Source: Octopus vulgaris (Eukaryota). From it: a stretch of DNA of 64,000 nt. Below the pieces are notes generated by a model. It saw nothing but the letters and a program-made list of their open reading frames with translations, did not search any database and was not told where the DNA came from. The DNA lies in the NCBI GenBank assembly GCA_951406725.2, contig OX597820.1, forward strand, positions 119,474,001 to 119,538,000, read 5' to 3'. Both the position numbers and the translations under genes were made by a program. Shown here in pieces: positions 12,855 to 26,667 of this stretch. Each line of letters starts with the position of its first letter. The first letter of the stretch is position 1.

Positions 12855-15023
12855 GACAGACGTGTTGTTTTTTGCTCCTGCAAATGTCACGTGTTTGAAC
12901 GTGAAATGTTGAACTTTTGACTCGGCGACATGTAAGACGTTCTGTATTTTTAGAAGCATAGTGAAGTTTATTGCTTGCTTAATGTTATTTAGCAGTTAAC
13001 GTTATCTAGCATTAATATTTTTTTGCGGGTAATAGACTTCACTTTACTTCAGATATATTTCTCTGCCTGTTGTCGTGTCTAAGGTCTCACTTTTTAGTGA
13101 GAATTGTGCTTTTTGAGGAGGTGTAGCCCCTGCGCAAAAATTAATTTGTTTGCTTGTGTTTTACTACTTCGCAAGAAAATTATAAAAATAAGCCACTATT
13201 GGATTACCTTTCGGACCCATTTTTGTGGAGGTTGTGTTGCAGTTGCGGCGTTCCAGGTTCAACCCAGGCCGGGAGTACCGCAAGGCCAGAATATTTTTGT
13301 TGTGTTTTTTCTGTTTATTAACTTTCTTTTGAACTTCATTTATTGCGACTTTCCGTTAACTTCTTCCCTTCTGTTGTGCTTTCTCCTTTTTGTTTTTTCA
13401 AAAATCTATCAAATTTTATTTGGACTTTTGAACTTTTTCTTCCTGCTTTTGAGTTTAATTTGAATATATTTAAAAAAAAAAACATGGCAATGAAAAATAA
13501 CAAAATTTTGGAGTGGGAAATCATACCACCTAAAAAGTGGTTAAAAGACCGTGAAGATGGGACGGTGGTGTTGAGAACCTACTCCAAGGCACTTGACACC
13601 ATCGCCCTATTCGAAAAGACGGCAATTGAAAAGGAGTTGGAAGAGTATTTGCCAACAATTAAATTCATTTCCAGGGGTGTCAAATATGCAACGGTGTGGT
13701 TGCTATTTGACACCCCTGAAGAGGCTTGCAAATTTGCTAGCAAACCCTTGGAGGGTAAGGAAATCTTATTCCTGCCCACGTACAAAAAAAAGAAATTGAT
13801 GAAAGCTTGGATCTGCGGACTGCCACCCGACATAGAACCCGAGTGGATAGAGGAGACTATCCGCCGGGGTCTGGGTGACAGCGAAACTAAGCTCCTCAAT
13901 GTAAAAGTTCTTCCTGCGGCTGCTTGGGTTGGGTCAAAAGCAATTTTGACCCTGTGGACCCAATCAGCCAATCTGGTTCTTCCAGATTTTTTGAAAATGG
14001 CCGGGTGCAGGTACCCGGTGATGCTTGAGGGTCGCCCCCCTAAGTGTCATCGGTGCTTGGAGTCCGGCCACATAAAGAAGAACTGTCCTCGGGAACAAAA
14101 TAGGATCCCGGAACATTTAAGTAAAACCCCTCTAGAAGAGGGAACGATAACGGCCGAGAAAGCAATGGACTCCTCAAACAGAGGCCGAAAGAGGAAGGTG
14201 AGCAACAATGGGTGCTCACCAAAGGATAATAGGGATGAGGAGAGGAAGGCGAATCTTCCAGCCACGGAGGAGACGCACCCTCCCTCAGTTGAAAAGGGAA
14301 AAAAAAGAAAAAGAGGAAGAAAAACGGGACATTACCGGCTGTCAGTGTATACCGGAATGTCGCGGAACTACGTCGGTTGGGGTTGTGCCACCGACAAGAG
14401 AAGGAATACCGTTGGCGGAAACTGTGCCGCCAACGAAAGAACTGAATGTATTGGTCCTCTTCTATAGAGGAGGAGAAATTGAAAAAGTGATGGAAGAGCA
14501 CTACAAGGGAGCAACTTTAGCCTTCACACAGGACCCCGAATGGCCTCCGCAGGTAGCTGTGGAGGCCGTGGCGTTCGACGTGACGCTAGGGCTAAAGGAG
14601 CTCAATGAAGATTATAACTTGGTCCCGGGTGACGCGAACTCGGAACTTGACTACGTTCTGAGGGAGGCGTGGTTGATAGTGGAGGGCGCGGGCACAAGCT
14701 ATTTCGAGGACGATATGTATTATTAGTAATGGACTTAAGTCCAAAAATTGAAAAATTGTAAGAGGATTAATACCTCGTTTTGTATTAATAATGGACTGCT
14801 AAGTCCAAAAATTGGAAAAATTGTAAGAGGTTTAATACCTCGTTTTGTGTTTATCTTTTTAAAAAGAACAATGTTTTAGAGAAGCAAAAGTCGGCGGGCG
14901 CTTTCTGTCTTCTCCCATCCTTATCATCCTTCTTTCATTATCATTCACCTCATTAATGTCCTCGTCCAGCCCGCAAAGCTAACTTAATCTGTGTACTGCC
15001 TTTATGGCAAATGTTTTGAAATA
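12855..15023 (+). mobile_element. ORF1-only non-autonomous non-LTR retrotransposon (half-LINE/HAL1-like, Tx1-type ORF1)
   Basis: 17-bp TSD (2 mismatches); ~630-bp 5'UTR, one gag-like ORF, ~300-bp 3'UTR ending in AATAAA; no RT or EN. Confidence 0.82.
13484..14726 (+). CDS. Tx1/L1-type ORF1 RNA-binding protein: putative RRM region + CCHC zinc knuckle + acidic C-terminus; one +1 frameshift in the A-run near 14299-14306
   Basis: AAACATGG start; WICGLPPDI and EGRPPK-CHRCLESGHIKKNC (CX2CX4HX4C, 14045-14086); removing one A joins ORF 13343-14467 to ORF 14208-14726, giving 413 aa. Confidence 0.8.
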
Positions 15024-16237
15024 AAGTAGCTTGTTTACCAACTACATGGTTCCGTGTTCAGTCCTACTGCGTGGCACCTTGGCAAGTGTCTTCTGCTATA
15101 GCCGCGGGCCGACCAAAGCCTTGTGAGTGGATTTGGTAGACGGAAACTGAAAGAAGCCCGTCGTATATATGTATATATATGTGTGTGTATATGTTTGTGT
15201 CTGTGTTTGTCCCCCCCCCCAACATCGCTTGACAACCGATGCTGGTGTGTTTACGTCACCGTAACTTAGCGGTTCGGCAAAAGAGACCGATAGAATAAGT
15301 ACTAGGCTTACAAAGAATAAGTCCTGGGGTCGATTTGTTCGACTATAGTCGGTGCTCCAGCATGGCCACAGTCAAATGACCGAAAGAAGTAAAAGAGTAA
15401 AAGAATATACAACTAACATCAATGATACATTAACGATCATAAATGGCAAAAAGAGCATGGAACAAATTAGAATGCATAAAAACAATCCGATTGATTGGGA
15501 AGTTTCCATCAACTTCAAACGAAAAAATGAACTCCAATGACGTGCTTCCCATTCATTGTGCGGCTTATACTGTAATTACAGCTGTGTCTGTAATTTTGGT
15601 GCTCCTCCGTTCGTTGTCGTCTTCGAACTATTGTTTTTGTCACGCCATCATCTCTTTTCCTCTCGCAACAGTCTGTGTCTTTGATTAAGAACTTAATCAA
15701 AGGAATCACCTAGCTCAATGGATTTGGTACTATTGACTGATAAAATGATTGCTTCCCAAACAATTCAGAAGTGTTGCCCTTGGTGGGGTATGGTCTCCGG
15801 TAAAATGCCTGTGGAATTTCGAAGAGAAAGATACAGAACACCCGGACTATTAAAATGGTAAATTTTTGAGCAAAAGCAAACAATGCTTACTCGTTATTCT
15901 AGTAAGCGAATTGCAGCAATCTGTGCTTCCATTTTCGCAAGTTTCCTCCACATATACCTACTCACAAAATATCAAGTGGGACACCAAACATTTCAAAGTA
16001 CAGAGGCCTCAAAACGAAACACGAATCTTTGCTCAATCATCAATCTTTGCACATATTTAATAATATTTTTATGAATACAGGAATATGCATAAAAATACAT
16101 GGATACCTTTGTACACAGTACCTACACACACACCCACACGCACACAGGTACACACATAAGAGTATAAATCGTTGGTGAAACTATGTTGTTCTGGTTTACT
16201 GAAGAGCTACCTTCCTTTGCATTAATTCGTGGATATA

Positions 16238-16646
16238 TATTTCTTTATTGCCTACAAGGGTCTAAACATAGAGGGGACAAACAAGGACAGACAAACGGAT
16301 TAAGTAGATTACATCGACCCCAGTGCGAAACTGCTACTTTATTTATCGACCCCGAAAGGATGTAAGGCAAAGACGACCTCGGCGGAATTTGAACTCAGTA
16401 CGTAATGACAGCCGAAATACCTATTTCTTTACTACCCACAAGGGGCTAAACAAAGAGAAGACAAACAAGAACAGACAAAGGGATTAAGTCGATTACATCG
16501 ACCCCAGTGCAAAACTGCTACTTTAATTATCGACCCCGAAAGGATGAAAGGCAAAGTCGACCTCGGCGGAATTTGAACTCAGAACGTAATGACAGACGAA
16601 ATGCCACTAAGCATTTCGCCCGGCGCGCTAACGTGTCTGTCAGCTC
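16238..16646 (-). mobile_element. SINE family B dimer (one head, two bodies)
   Basis: Junction AAAGAAATA|GGTATTTCG on the minus strand at 16422/16421. Confidence 0.92.
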
Positions 16647-17014
16647 AATATAGAGTTGTACTGTATAAAGCCGAGTATGCATATTAGTGCAGATATCAGG
16701 TCATAATTTACTGAAATGATTTTTACGCGTTGAATACTGTGAAACGGCCGTAGCCCTAAGGATGACAAATGGTTAAATAAATATATCCTCCTCTCATACC
16801 TACTGACATATTAGAGTTTATATTAGATAATTCCATCGATCGGATTTCCTGGATTTCAGTTGTATGAATCTCTGCTTTGAACTTCTTATGGATTACTATG
16901 TGGTTTGCTAGCCGACTCCGCTAGAGGAGATTTCTGTGATAGCCATCCGATTCTATGATTCCATATATTTCATTACACTAAAACTTTATACACACATCTG
17001 TGTGCAGACGCACT

Positions 17015-17034
17015 CCCTCACACACACACACTCA

Positions 17035-17120
<86 letters not shown>
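17015..17120. repeat. (CA)n microsatellite
   Basis: Direct reading. Confidence 0.97.
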
Positions 17121-17124
<4 letters not shown>

Positions 17125-17198
17125 CATGTATATTTGAGAGTCGGTATGTATGTGTGAGAATTTTCATGCATATATATATATATATATATATATATACA

Positions 17199-17505
<307 letters not shown>

Positions 17506-17519
17506 TGTAAATATATATA

Positions 17520-17562
<43 letters not shown>

Positions 17563-18515
17563 ATAAGTATATATTTATATACATATATATATATATATTT
17601 ATATACATATATATATATATATATATACATACATATATATATATATATACATATATATATAGATATCACTCGTTTTTAATCAAGTTTATTCTACCATTCC
17701 TCTTCCAATATCTATATAGAAAAGGATGATAAAAAGTACGTATATAACTTTATCACATTATACAGCTCTAGCTGTTCCACCTATCTCTGATTCGCCGTTA
17801 AAAACATCTATGTCTATCCGTTTGATATCAATTTATCTAAACGTCTATCTATTTTCCCTAAAATTCTCTCATTCTGTCTATAATCCTAGAAAGGAAAATA
17901 AGTTTGTATGTGTATGTACTTCAGTATGTGTCTGTGTCTGTGTATATTTCTGGCGTCGATATTTATGCGTGTCTGAGCCTTTTTTCCCTATACCTTACTA
18001 AGCTGATAAATACCACAATATATGTGTGTGGTGTGTTTGTGTGGGAGTTTGTGTGTTTATGTATGCAATGACACACACACACACACACACACACACATTT
18101 ATATCACCCACACAGAGGAGCTTATATATAGAAAATTGTCGTTCAGAACGCAAATCAGATAAATGTAAGTGAAAATCAAGTGCTTAGACTTCATTAAAAA
18201 TAAAGACCAACAATAAATATACGGTGCAAACAATATCAACATCATAATTACAAGTTATGATTCACTTGCAATTATATTGTCATATAAATGTACAAAATGT
18301 ATATTTTCAACATTGTAATGCACGAAATATATTTGATTACAGCGATTTCTGATGCCTCAAGTTATGTAGATAGGCAGCAACTTCAAAGATACCTGTCAGC
18401 TACGAACTTTCCCCTCCTTGCGACAATCCGTCTATGACACCGAGGCTGAACACACAAAATGCTTATCCGTCATTTCACAGGACAGGAAACATATCTTTTT
18501 TTTATATAATTCAGC

Positions 18516-18591
<76 letters not shown>

Positions 18592-18592
18592 T

Positions 18593-18944
18593 ATATAAAT
18601 TAAATTAGAGATAAAACCACTCTTAGGCAACTCAAGCAGTGATAGACATAAACAATACATAAATAAAAAAATATAAATATAATATATGATATATATATAT
18701 GAAATATAGAATAAAAAAACAAATTAAACTTAAAAATTTTAATTTTAAATTTTATATTTTATATATATATTATATATTATATTAATCATATTTATGTTTT
18801 TTGTTATTTATGTATTGTTTATGTATATCACTGCTTGAGTTGCCTAATAGTGGTTTTATCTCTAATTTAATTTATATTTATACTGTGAAATTTGATTTAA
18901 TCCTAAATCTAATTTTTCCCTGTAAGTTTGGATATAATCCCTAA

Positions 18945-18950
<6 letters not shown>
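18593..18950. repeat. (TA)n-associated repeat with an ~80-bp inverted duplication
   Basis: Arm 18593-18670 is the reverse complement of 18797-18877; the direct part matches 2620-2780. Confidence 0.88.
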
Positions 18951-19009
<59 letters not shown>

Positions 19010-19757
19010 CATACTTACATACACATATGTATGTACACATGAATATGCGAGTACTCGTGTGCGTTTGTGTGTATGTATGTGTGTTATGTTTGTGTCAGTG
19101 TGTTTATCTGTTATATTTGGGAGAAGTAGAGTCACATTTGATTAAGCATATAAATACTCTGATCGTTGGTTGTTTTTCTCTATTTCATTTCGCTTTCTTT
19201 TTTGCAAACATTTGAGGTTTGTTTGTGTCACGCAAAACCCTGTTCGCGACATCAGTATGTAGCTTTCTCAATGGGTGTTTGCTTTTATTTCTTTCAAATG
19301 CCTGATTTTCAGTTGAAAACATATATTTAGTTGCCAAATAACCGTTTCTGGAGCAAATTGCGGAACAGCGTTGAAGTATTCGGGGGGACAAAATGAAGAA
19401 AGACCATCTCAAGCTACATGGAAGAATCATCTTGCAGCGAATTTGGAAGGTTTGCAGGGGCTAGGGTGGGAGTAGCAAGAAAGGGGTCAAGCATCCTCCC
19501 ATTATCATGTTATAAAGAAACACAGAGCCTAAACAAAAAGTCCCGAAAAAAATTATTTGCAGAAACTCAAGTTACGACAGATTACAGCAAGTATACAAAT
19601 ACAACAAGTTGACCACACAGTACATTTCATTTAAAAAAATGTCAATGGATTTACAACCCATCAAGCAAATGGTATAAAAATACGGATAAGAAAATAAACA
19701 ACTCTGGTCATCCAATGTGTGTTCATACAGACGAATATATATTTGCTTTTCTTGTTA

Positions 19758-19922
19758 GGCGCAGGAGTGGCCGTGGGGTAAGTAGCTTGCTTACCAACCA
19801 TATAGTTCCGGGTTCAGTCCCACTGCGTGGCACCTTGGGCAAGTGTCTTCTACTATAGCGTCGGGCCGACCAAAGCCTTGTGAGTGGATTTGGTAGACGG
19901 AAACTTAAAGAAGCCCGTCGTA

Positions 19923-19975
<53 letters not shown>

Positions 19976-20210
19976 ATGTGTGTGTGTGTGTGTGTATACG
20001 TTTGTGTCTGTGTTTGTCCGCCCAACATCGCATGACAACCGATGCTGGTGTGTTATATCCGCGTAACTTAGCGATTTGGCAAAAGAAACCGATAGAATAA
20101 GTACTAGGCTTACAAAGAGTAAGTCATGGGTCGATTTTCTCGGCTAAAGGCGGTGCTCCAGCATGGCCACAGTCAAATGACTGAAGCAAGTAAAAGAGTA
20201 AAAGAGTAAA
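19758..20210 (+). mobile_element. SINE family A, full length
   Basis: Head, body, internal (TA)n(TG)n and (TAAAAGAG)n tail. Confidence 0.95.
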
Positions 20211-20840
20211 GGTTTAAAAAACTCAAGCAAACATAAGCATCAGCAGCACCCTAAATTCGGGTAAGATTTGAACGATGACGAAATTTTACCTTTGTTTAAT
20301 GATATTCTTCTAACCCGCTTAGGAATACTCATGGTTCTATTTCGTTTGTTCGAATTTTCGTGATTTAAGATATCGTGAGATGATAACCAGAATAAACCTC
20401 ACTTGATAACAATCTATTACGCACGTCGATAAAATGAACGTGTATATAATCAGACACTCTGAAATCGATTACGTTTCCATTTGATACCAATTGTCGCTGA
20501 AATATCTACATCCTACTGACGGACGGCCACATCATGTCTACCTCAAAAGAGATGCAGTTTTCTGTGCAAATAGCTGATGACATTCAAGTTTCGTATATTG
20601 TAAAATTCTGAGAAAGTGACACCGACATACTTACGTATCGTGTAGATACACCAATAAAAAACAAACTAACGTCACTTTAATAGCAAAACCCAACACTGTC
20701 CCTCGAATTGAAAAGTCCAAGGTTAAATACTCTCATCTGGAAGACATTTGTTGTTTCCTTTAAATTCTTTCTGTAGCCACATCTGAATATGTGGACGCGC
20801 TCTAAGACCGCAAAGTGGAGCCGAGTCAAAATGTATTTAA

Positions 20841-21218
20841 TCTCTCTATATATAAAGCTGAAGTAGTCTGTGTTGGTAGCCTTCAAATAACACTATCTCC
20901 TCCGAGACCCTGCGGCGCAAGTTGACCAAAATTGAGAGTATGATAGAAGGCTTGCTCTTCCTTCCGTACAAGAAAAAATTCAAATCGGACCATGTTAACA
21001 CCAAAAATTATTTACATCACAAAGGTGCTTTTGTCTATGAAATTCTTTATTTTTTACGATTTTTTGACTCCTGTGTCGCCATTTTTCGGTGTATTTCAAC
21101 CAGAAAAATGTTCACTTAAAGAGAATAACAAGCTACATAATGCAAAATTTTTACTTTTCAAAAATTCTAATTCTAAAGGGTCGAAACAAACCCGAGCAAC
21201 GCCGAGCGATACTGCTAG
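20841..21218 (+). mobile_element. Non-autonomous Helitron
   Basis: A|TC start TCTCTCTATATATAAAG; subterminal hairpin CCCGAGCAACGCCGAG; CTAG|T end; no TSD. Confidence 0.85.
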
Positions 21219-21859
21219 TAATATATAAAACCAACTGCTGCGAGCAGGCAGAGTCATGTGTGACAAAAAAATGCTTAGCCGCATATCCTACGAATCCTTA
21301 TTTTCAGAGTTGCTTTTGCATCCATTCCCAATCGATAACATTCGGTACCAATCAAGTATTGTGGTCGATATAAACGACTTGCCGGCTTCCATCAACATTA
21401 TTGACCTTGAAGCCCACAGGGAAAGACATTGGGACTATGTCATTGGGACGTCATGGGAATCGAGTAAACAGGCTGAGGAATCCCAGGGAAGGAAAAAAAA
21501 TGACACTATGAGTTTTATTCATAGTGTTTTGAATGGACACAAAGCACTCACACACGCGCACACAAACTCACACATACGTACATATACATACACATGTACG
21601 CACTCACAGGCCCGCACTTGAATATGCATCTAATTATTTGAGAGTCAGTCTGAACCGATATTATGTAAAGGTACGTTAATAGGTTTCTACGTGTGTCGCT
21701 GCTTTCACGGCGATTTTATGCTGTGGGTTTCTATTTGTGTGAATTTGTAATCATATATTTTTTTGTATAAAAATAATCTGTACCTGAAAGATTAATGATC
21801 CTAAAAGCAAATGGAATTATCTGCAGATAAAATATATACTACAGATACTTTGCCCCCAT

Positions 21860-22074
21860 GCACACATATATACATACATATAAATATATGGAAGTATGTA
21901 TGTATATGTACACGCAAACACACACACACACATACACACACGGATATATACATACATATACATATATATAAACACACACATATATTTATATATACACACA
22001 TATAAATATATGGAAGTATGTATGTATATGTACACGCAGACACACACACACACACCGGATATATACATATATAC

Positions 22075-22128
<54 letters not shown>

Positions 22129-22160
22129 ACACATATATTTATATATACACACATATGTAT
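21860..22160. repeat. Tandem duplication (~120-bp unit) of microsatellite-rich sequence
   Basis: TAAATATATGGAAGTATGTATGTATATGTACACGCA and CGGATATATACAT each occur twice. Confidence 0.8.
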
Positions 22161-22273
22161 GGTTATATATGTAGTACAGTATGCTTAAATACATGTATCA
22201 TATAACGCACACCCACACTCACTCATTCACTCACTCACATACGCATACACATACAAGCACACACACGCATATA

Positions 22274-22332
22274 CTCTCTTACTCTCTTACTTGTTTCAGT
22301 CATTTGACTGCGGCCGTGCTGGAGCACCACCA
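22274..22332 (-). mobile_element. SINE family A 3' tail fragment
   Basis: TTACTTGTTTCAGTCATTTGACTGCGGCCGTGCTGGAGCACC. Confidence 0.85.
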
Positions 22333-22334
22333 TT

Positions 22335-22600
22335 AAAAAAGTGAAAAATTTTGATTTCCTGGCAGAGGTTTGAAACCTCGATTATGTCACTACTTCTAGC
22401 ACCTTACCTACTAGGCCACCGAAGCTTTTAATTCGTAACGTACCTCCCATTTAGTGTTTTTATTCCTATTCGGGTATTGTTATGCCCTGTTTTAGCAATG
22501 TTAGACCTAACTATCCGATAAATTTCACTAAATGAACATTCTAGCATATATTTTAAATTAGTGTGCCATTCCTTTCGTAATGGTCTCCTTCAAATTGGAA

Positions 22601-22604
<4 letters not shown>
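22335..22604 (-). mobile_element. (TA)n-associated element with internal tRNA-like box; its 180-bp upstream part recurs inverted at 23916-24096
   Basis: Minus strand GGTGGCCTAGTAGGTAAGG...GGTTTCAAACC; 22424-22604 is the reverse complement of 23916-24096. Confidence 0.7.
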
Positions 22605-22686
<82 letters not shown>

Positions 22687-22722
22687 CATATATATATACA
22701 CACACACACATATATATATATA

Positions 22723-22765
<43 letters not shown>

Positions 22766-22780
22766 TAATATATATATATA

Positions 22781-22861
<81 letters not shown>

Positions 22862-23135
22862 TATATATATATTGTATTAGGAAAATAGCACATTATGTTC
22901 CGGGTTATAAACACACCATACTTGATTTAACTTTCGATCATTAAATCCACAAAGAGGTTAATGAGTTTATTTGATTAAACAAATGTTAAGTAGTATTTAA
23001 TAATGTTTGTATACAGAAAGTATTTGTCGCCATTTGGATTTGTAAGCACACAACTCTGTCACTTCACTTCAAACACGCATGATTTAAAGATTACTCACTG
23101 ATTAGATGCATAATTAACGCAGTTACGTATATATG

Positions 23136-23170
<35 letters not shown>

Positions 23171-23262
23171 GCACGCACACACTCTCTCACTTTTTCTAAC
23201 ACAGATACACACACTCATATATGTATATGTACGTATACATATATATGTACACGCATATATAT

Positions 23263-23307
<45 letters not shown>

Positions 23308-23313
<6 letters not shown>

Positions 23314-23575
23314 TAGTTATCGCCAAACTAATATGGCAGTCCATAAATATAAGACTAAAGCTGTCGCTGATTAGCTCCAAGATATTAATAGTTATCGCCA
23401 TGTCTGAAACATGTCTGAAACATGTCTGCAGATGTCTGACCAGCAAGGTGAAGCGGCTGACCTCCCCTGTTCGAAGGTTGTAATAGACGCAGGTTCGTGT
23501 GTCATATTGCTAGCTAGAGGCGATGGCCTCTTATATTTATGGACTGCCATATTAGTTTGGCGATAACTATTAATA
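23308..23575. repeat. Foldback element in (TA)n with 47-bp inverted arms
   Basis: TATTAATAGTTATCGCCAAACTAATATGGCAGTCCATAAATATAAGA and its reverse complement at 23529-23575; partial third copy at 23381-23400. Confidence 0.9.
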
Positions 23576-23632
23576 TCCAGTAATGCTGCCGTAATCTCCT
23601 TTAGAGAGACTTAGTAATTTTAATATTTCTAT

Positions 23633-23680
<48 letters not shown>

Positions 23681-23769
23681 TATATATATATATGTATATT
23701 ATATATATTTATATGTATATATATATGTGTGTGTGTGCATATATATGTATATATGCATGTGTATATATG

Positions 23770-23919
<150 letters not shown>

Positions 23920-24407
23920 TTCCAATTTGCTGGAAACCATTACGAAAGGAATGGTAAACTAATTTAAAACATATGCTAGAATGTTCATTTAGTAAAATTT
24001 ATCGGATAATTAGGTCTAACATTGCTAAAACAGGGCATAACAATACCCGAATAGGAATAAGAACACTAAATGGGAGGTACGTTCCGAATTAAAAGAAAAA
24101 ATCTTTTTCTGTGTTTTATACGAAAAGGGACTGAAATGCTACCGTTGTCCGTGAATATATACACAGGATATATGAAACAATGTTGTGCATCTTCCGCCTT
24201 GTGTAAGTGTATATATGTATATATCCATGTACATTTTTGCCCTTGCAGCAACTATTGCAGTTAAATCGTCGTTTATCACACACAGATATGAATAAATATA
24301 TACGAGGGGTTACATACATAGATATGCGACTGTGTATGTATGTGGGTGTGTGTATGTGTATGTGTATATACAGCGATGGATTTGACGGTTTCGCTTATTT
24401 ACAAGTT

Positions 24408-24875
<468 letters not shown>

Positions 24876-26631
24876 AAATACTGGTTATGATGAATAACTT
24901 GCAACAAACAATGTTGATTTATTAAAGTTTGTCTTCGTCGCTAGAATATGTAATCTTTAGCAAACGACAAACATGATCGGCTTCTCGTGAGAAGGGGAGA
25001 TAATCACAAGATCCATGTATCCTCCAAAATTTTCATGCCATTATGGAAAGGAACGCCATTAGTGTCTGGAGACTAGAGGTCAGTCCGCTGCACTTGGTTT
25101 TCGCTCAATAAGCTTCATCAGCACGATCGCCAAAGGAAAGTGGGATTCCATTCGTTAATCACACCTCAATTTCTGAGAATTCTTGAAACGTGAGATTATC
25201 TACATTTCTAAGTGGGACACTGGTCATAATTGCCATTTTGTTAATCATTATAGAGCCCCGCTAGAAAGATTTTAGTGTATGTATATGGATGTAAGTATAT
25301 AGAATTTTATTTTCGACAATCAGTCTCTTTCTACTCTGAGTTTCGCCTGTGGCTACAGAGGGTCTTCAGGTAAGTCACGGCTTTGTGCATCTAGAGGCAA
25401 AACGTAGAGAAGGAAATAAAACTGAGTGGACCAAAGTAATGTTATTTATCTCTCATATGATATCGTGTATTCTGTCTCCCAACAGTCAACAGTAAACGGA
25501 TGTATGTACACGCGCGCGCACCCACTCAATCGCTCGCGCACCAAAACAATACTCGCACACACACACACACACACATACACACACCAACGTACACGCATAC
25601 ACGTATCTACACATAAAACCATAAGCATCTTTGCGCAGTCGTGTGGTTTCTCGTCTACTCATGCTAAATGATCTATGCATAATATTGTATGTAAATACAT
25701 TTATACAAAGATAAATATACTAGCATTCAAATAAAAGCTTACGCACACATACCCTCATACAGACTCAGCTACACTAACACACACACTCACACAGTTATAT
25801 CCTCTGAACAACATTACACACATTGTGTTTGATGTTTGCACTTTCGTATATTTAAACATTTAGCCAATATCATCTAACACGCAATGACACTTTCATGTAA
25901 AAATCAGGTAATATTTTTCTGGTAACACCTGACATACCGTACAGAAAACCAACGATGAGAATGTGCCTTCCAAGTAACTATGTAAGATTACAAAGGTTGA
26001 ATTCTATGCTATCCTATATGTGTACACATACAATCACACAAGCGTACAAAGACACTCTAATATACAGGCACTTAACAGAGAGAAAGACAAACAGATACAG
26101 TTACTTACGCATATATAGACATTCCTTTCATTTTCATGCCATTCATTTACACCTTTACGTCACCGCATTTATCTTGTTAATATAGCTTCGAGATTTTATG
26201 TTTTCGCTTTCGCTTTTCTATATTTTGTTTCACTTTCCTATTTTTGCTTGCATGTCGAAATTCTGCTCGTATTCCCTGATGTCGTCAAAGTTAATAGGTT
26301 TTGCAAAGTAAAGCAAAACAAGAGGCAGGTTTGAAAATTCGTATTATCCAACGATAATTAATATAATGGCTTCACTGCTTCAACAATCACATTCTCACTC
26401 TATCCATTCCTCCTCGTTATATATTTTTGCAGTCTCTCACTTTCTCTACACAGCTGTTCACTCGTCTCTATCTTACTATCGTCCGTCTTTTTAATTACCT
26501 GCCTATATATGTATATGTAAATATGTATGTATATATGTATATATATATATATATACATATATACATATATATGCATATATATATGTATATATGTATGTAT
26601 ATATATGTATATATATATATATACATATATA

Positions 26632-26667
<36 letters not shown>

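Larger units (their letters stand above)
12816..15407 (+). mobile_element. SINE family A split in two (12816-12854 and 15024-15407) by a 2.17-kb insertion
   Basis: Head stops at AAGTAGCTTACTTACCA and resumes at AAGTAGCTTGTTTACCA, then continues with a complete SINE body and tail. Confidence 0.93.

Noticed and set aside
14296-14306. Programmed -1 frameshift at GGGAAAA
   Set aside because: The downstream open frame requires +1 (or -2), not -1
13579-14501. Antisense ORFs within the half-LINE
   Set aside because: Shadow frames of ORF1 with no recognisable motifs
15420-15580. RTE-like peptide MAKRAWNKL..VLP
   Set aside because: Possibly an ancient LINE remnant but too short and degenerate to call
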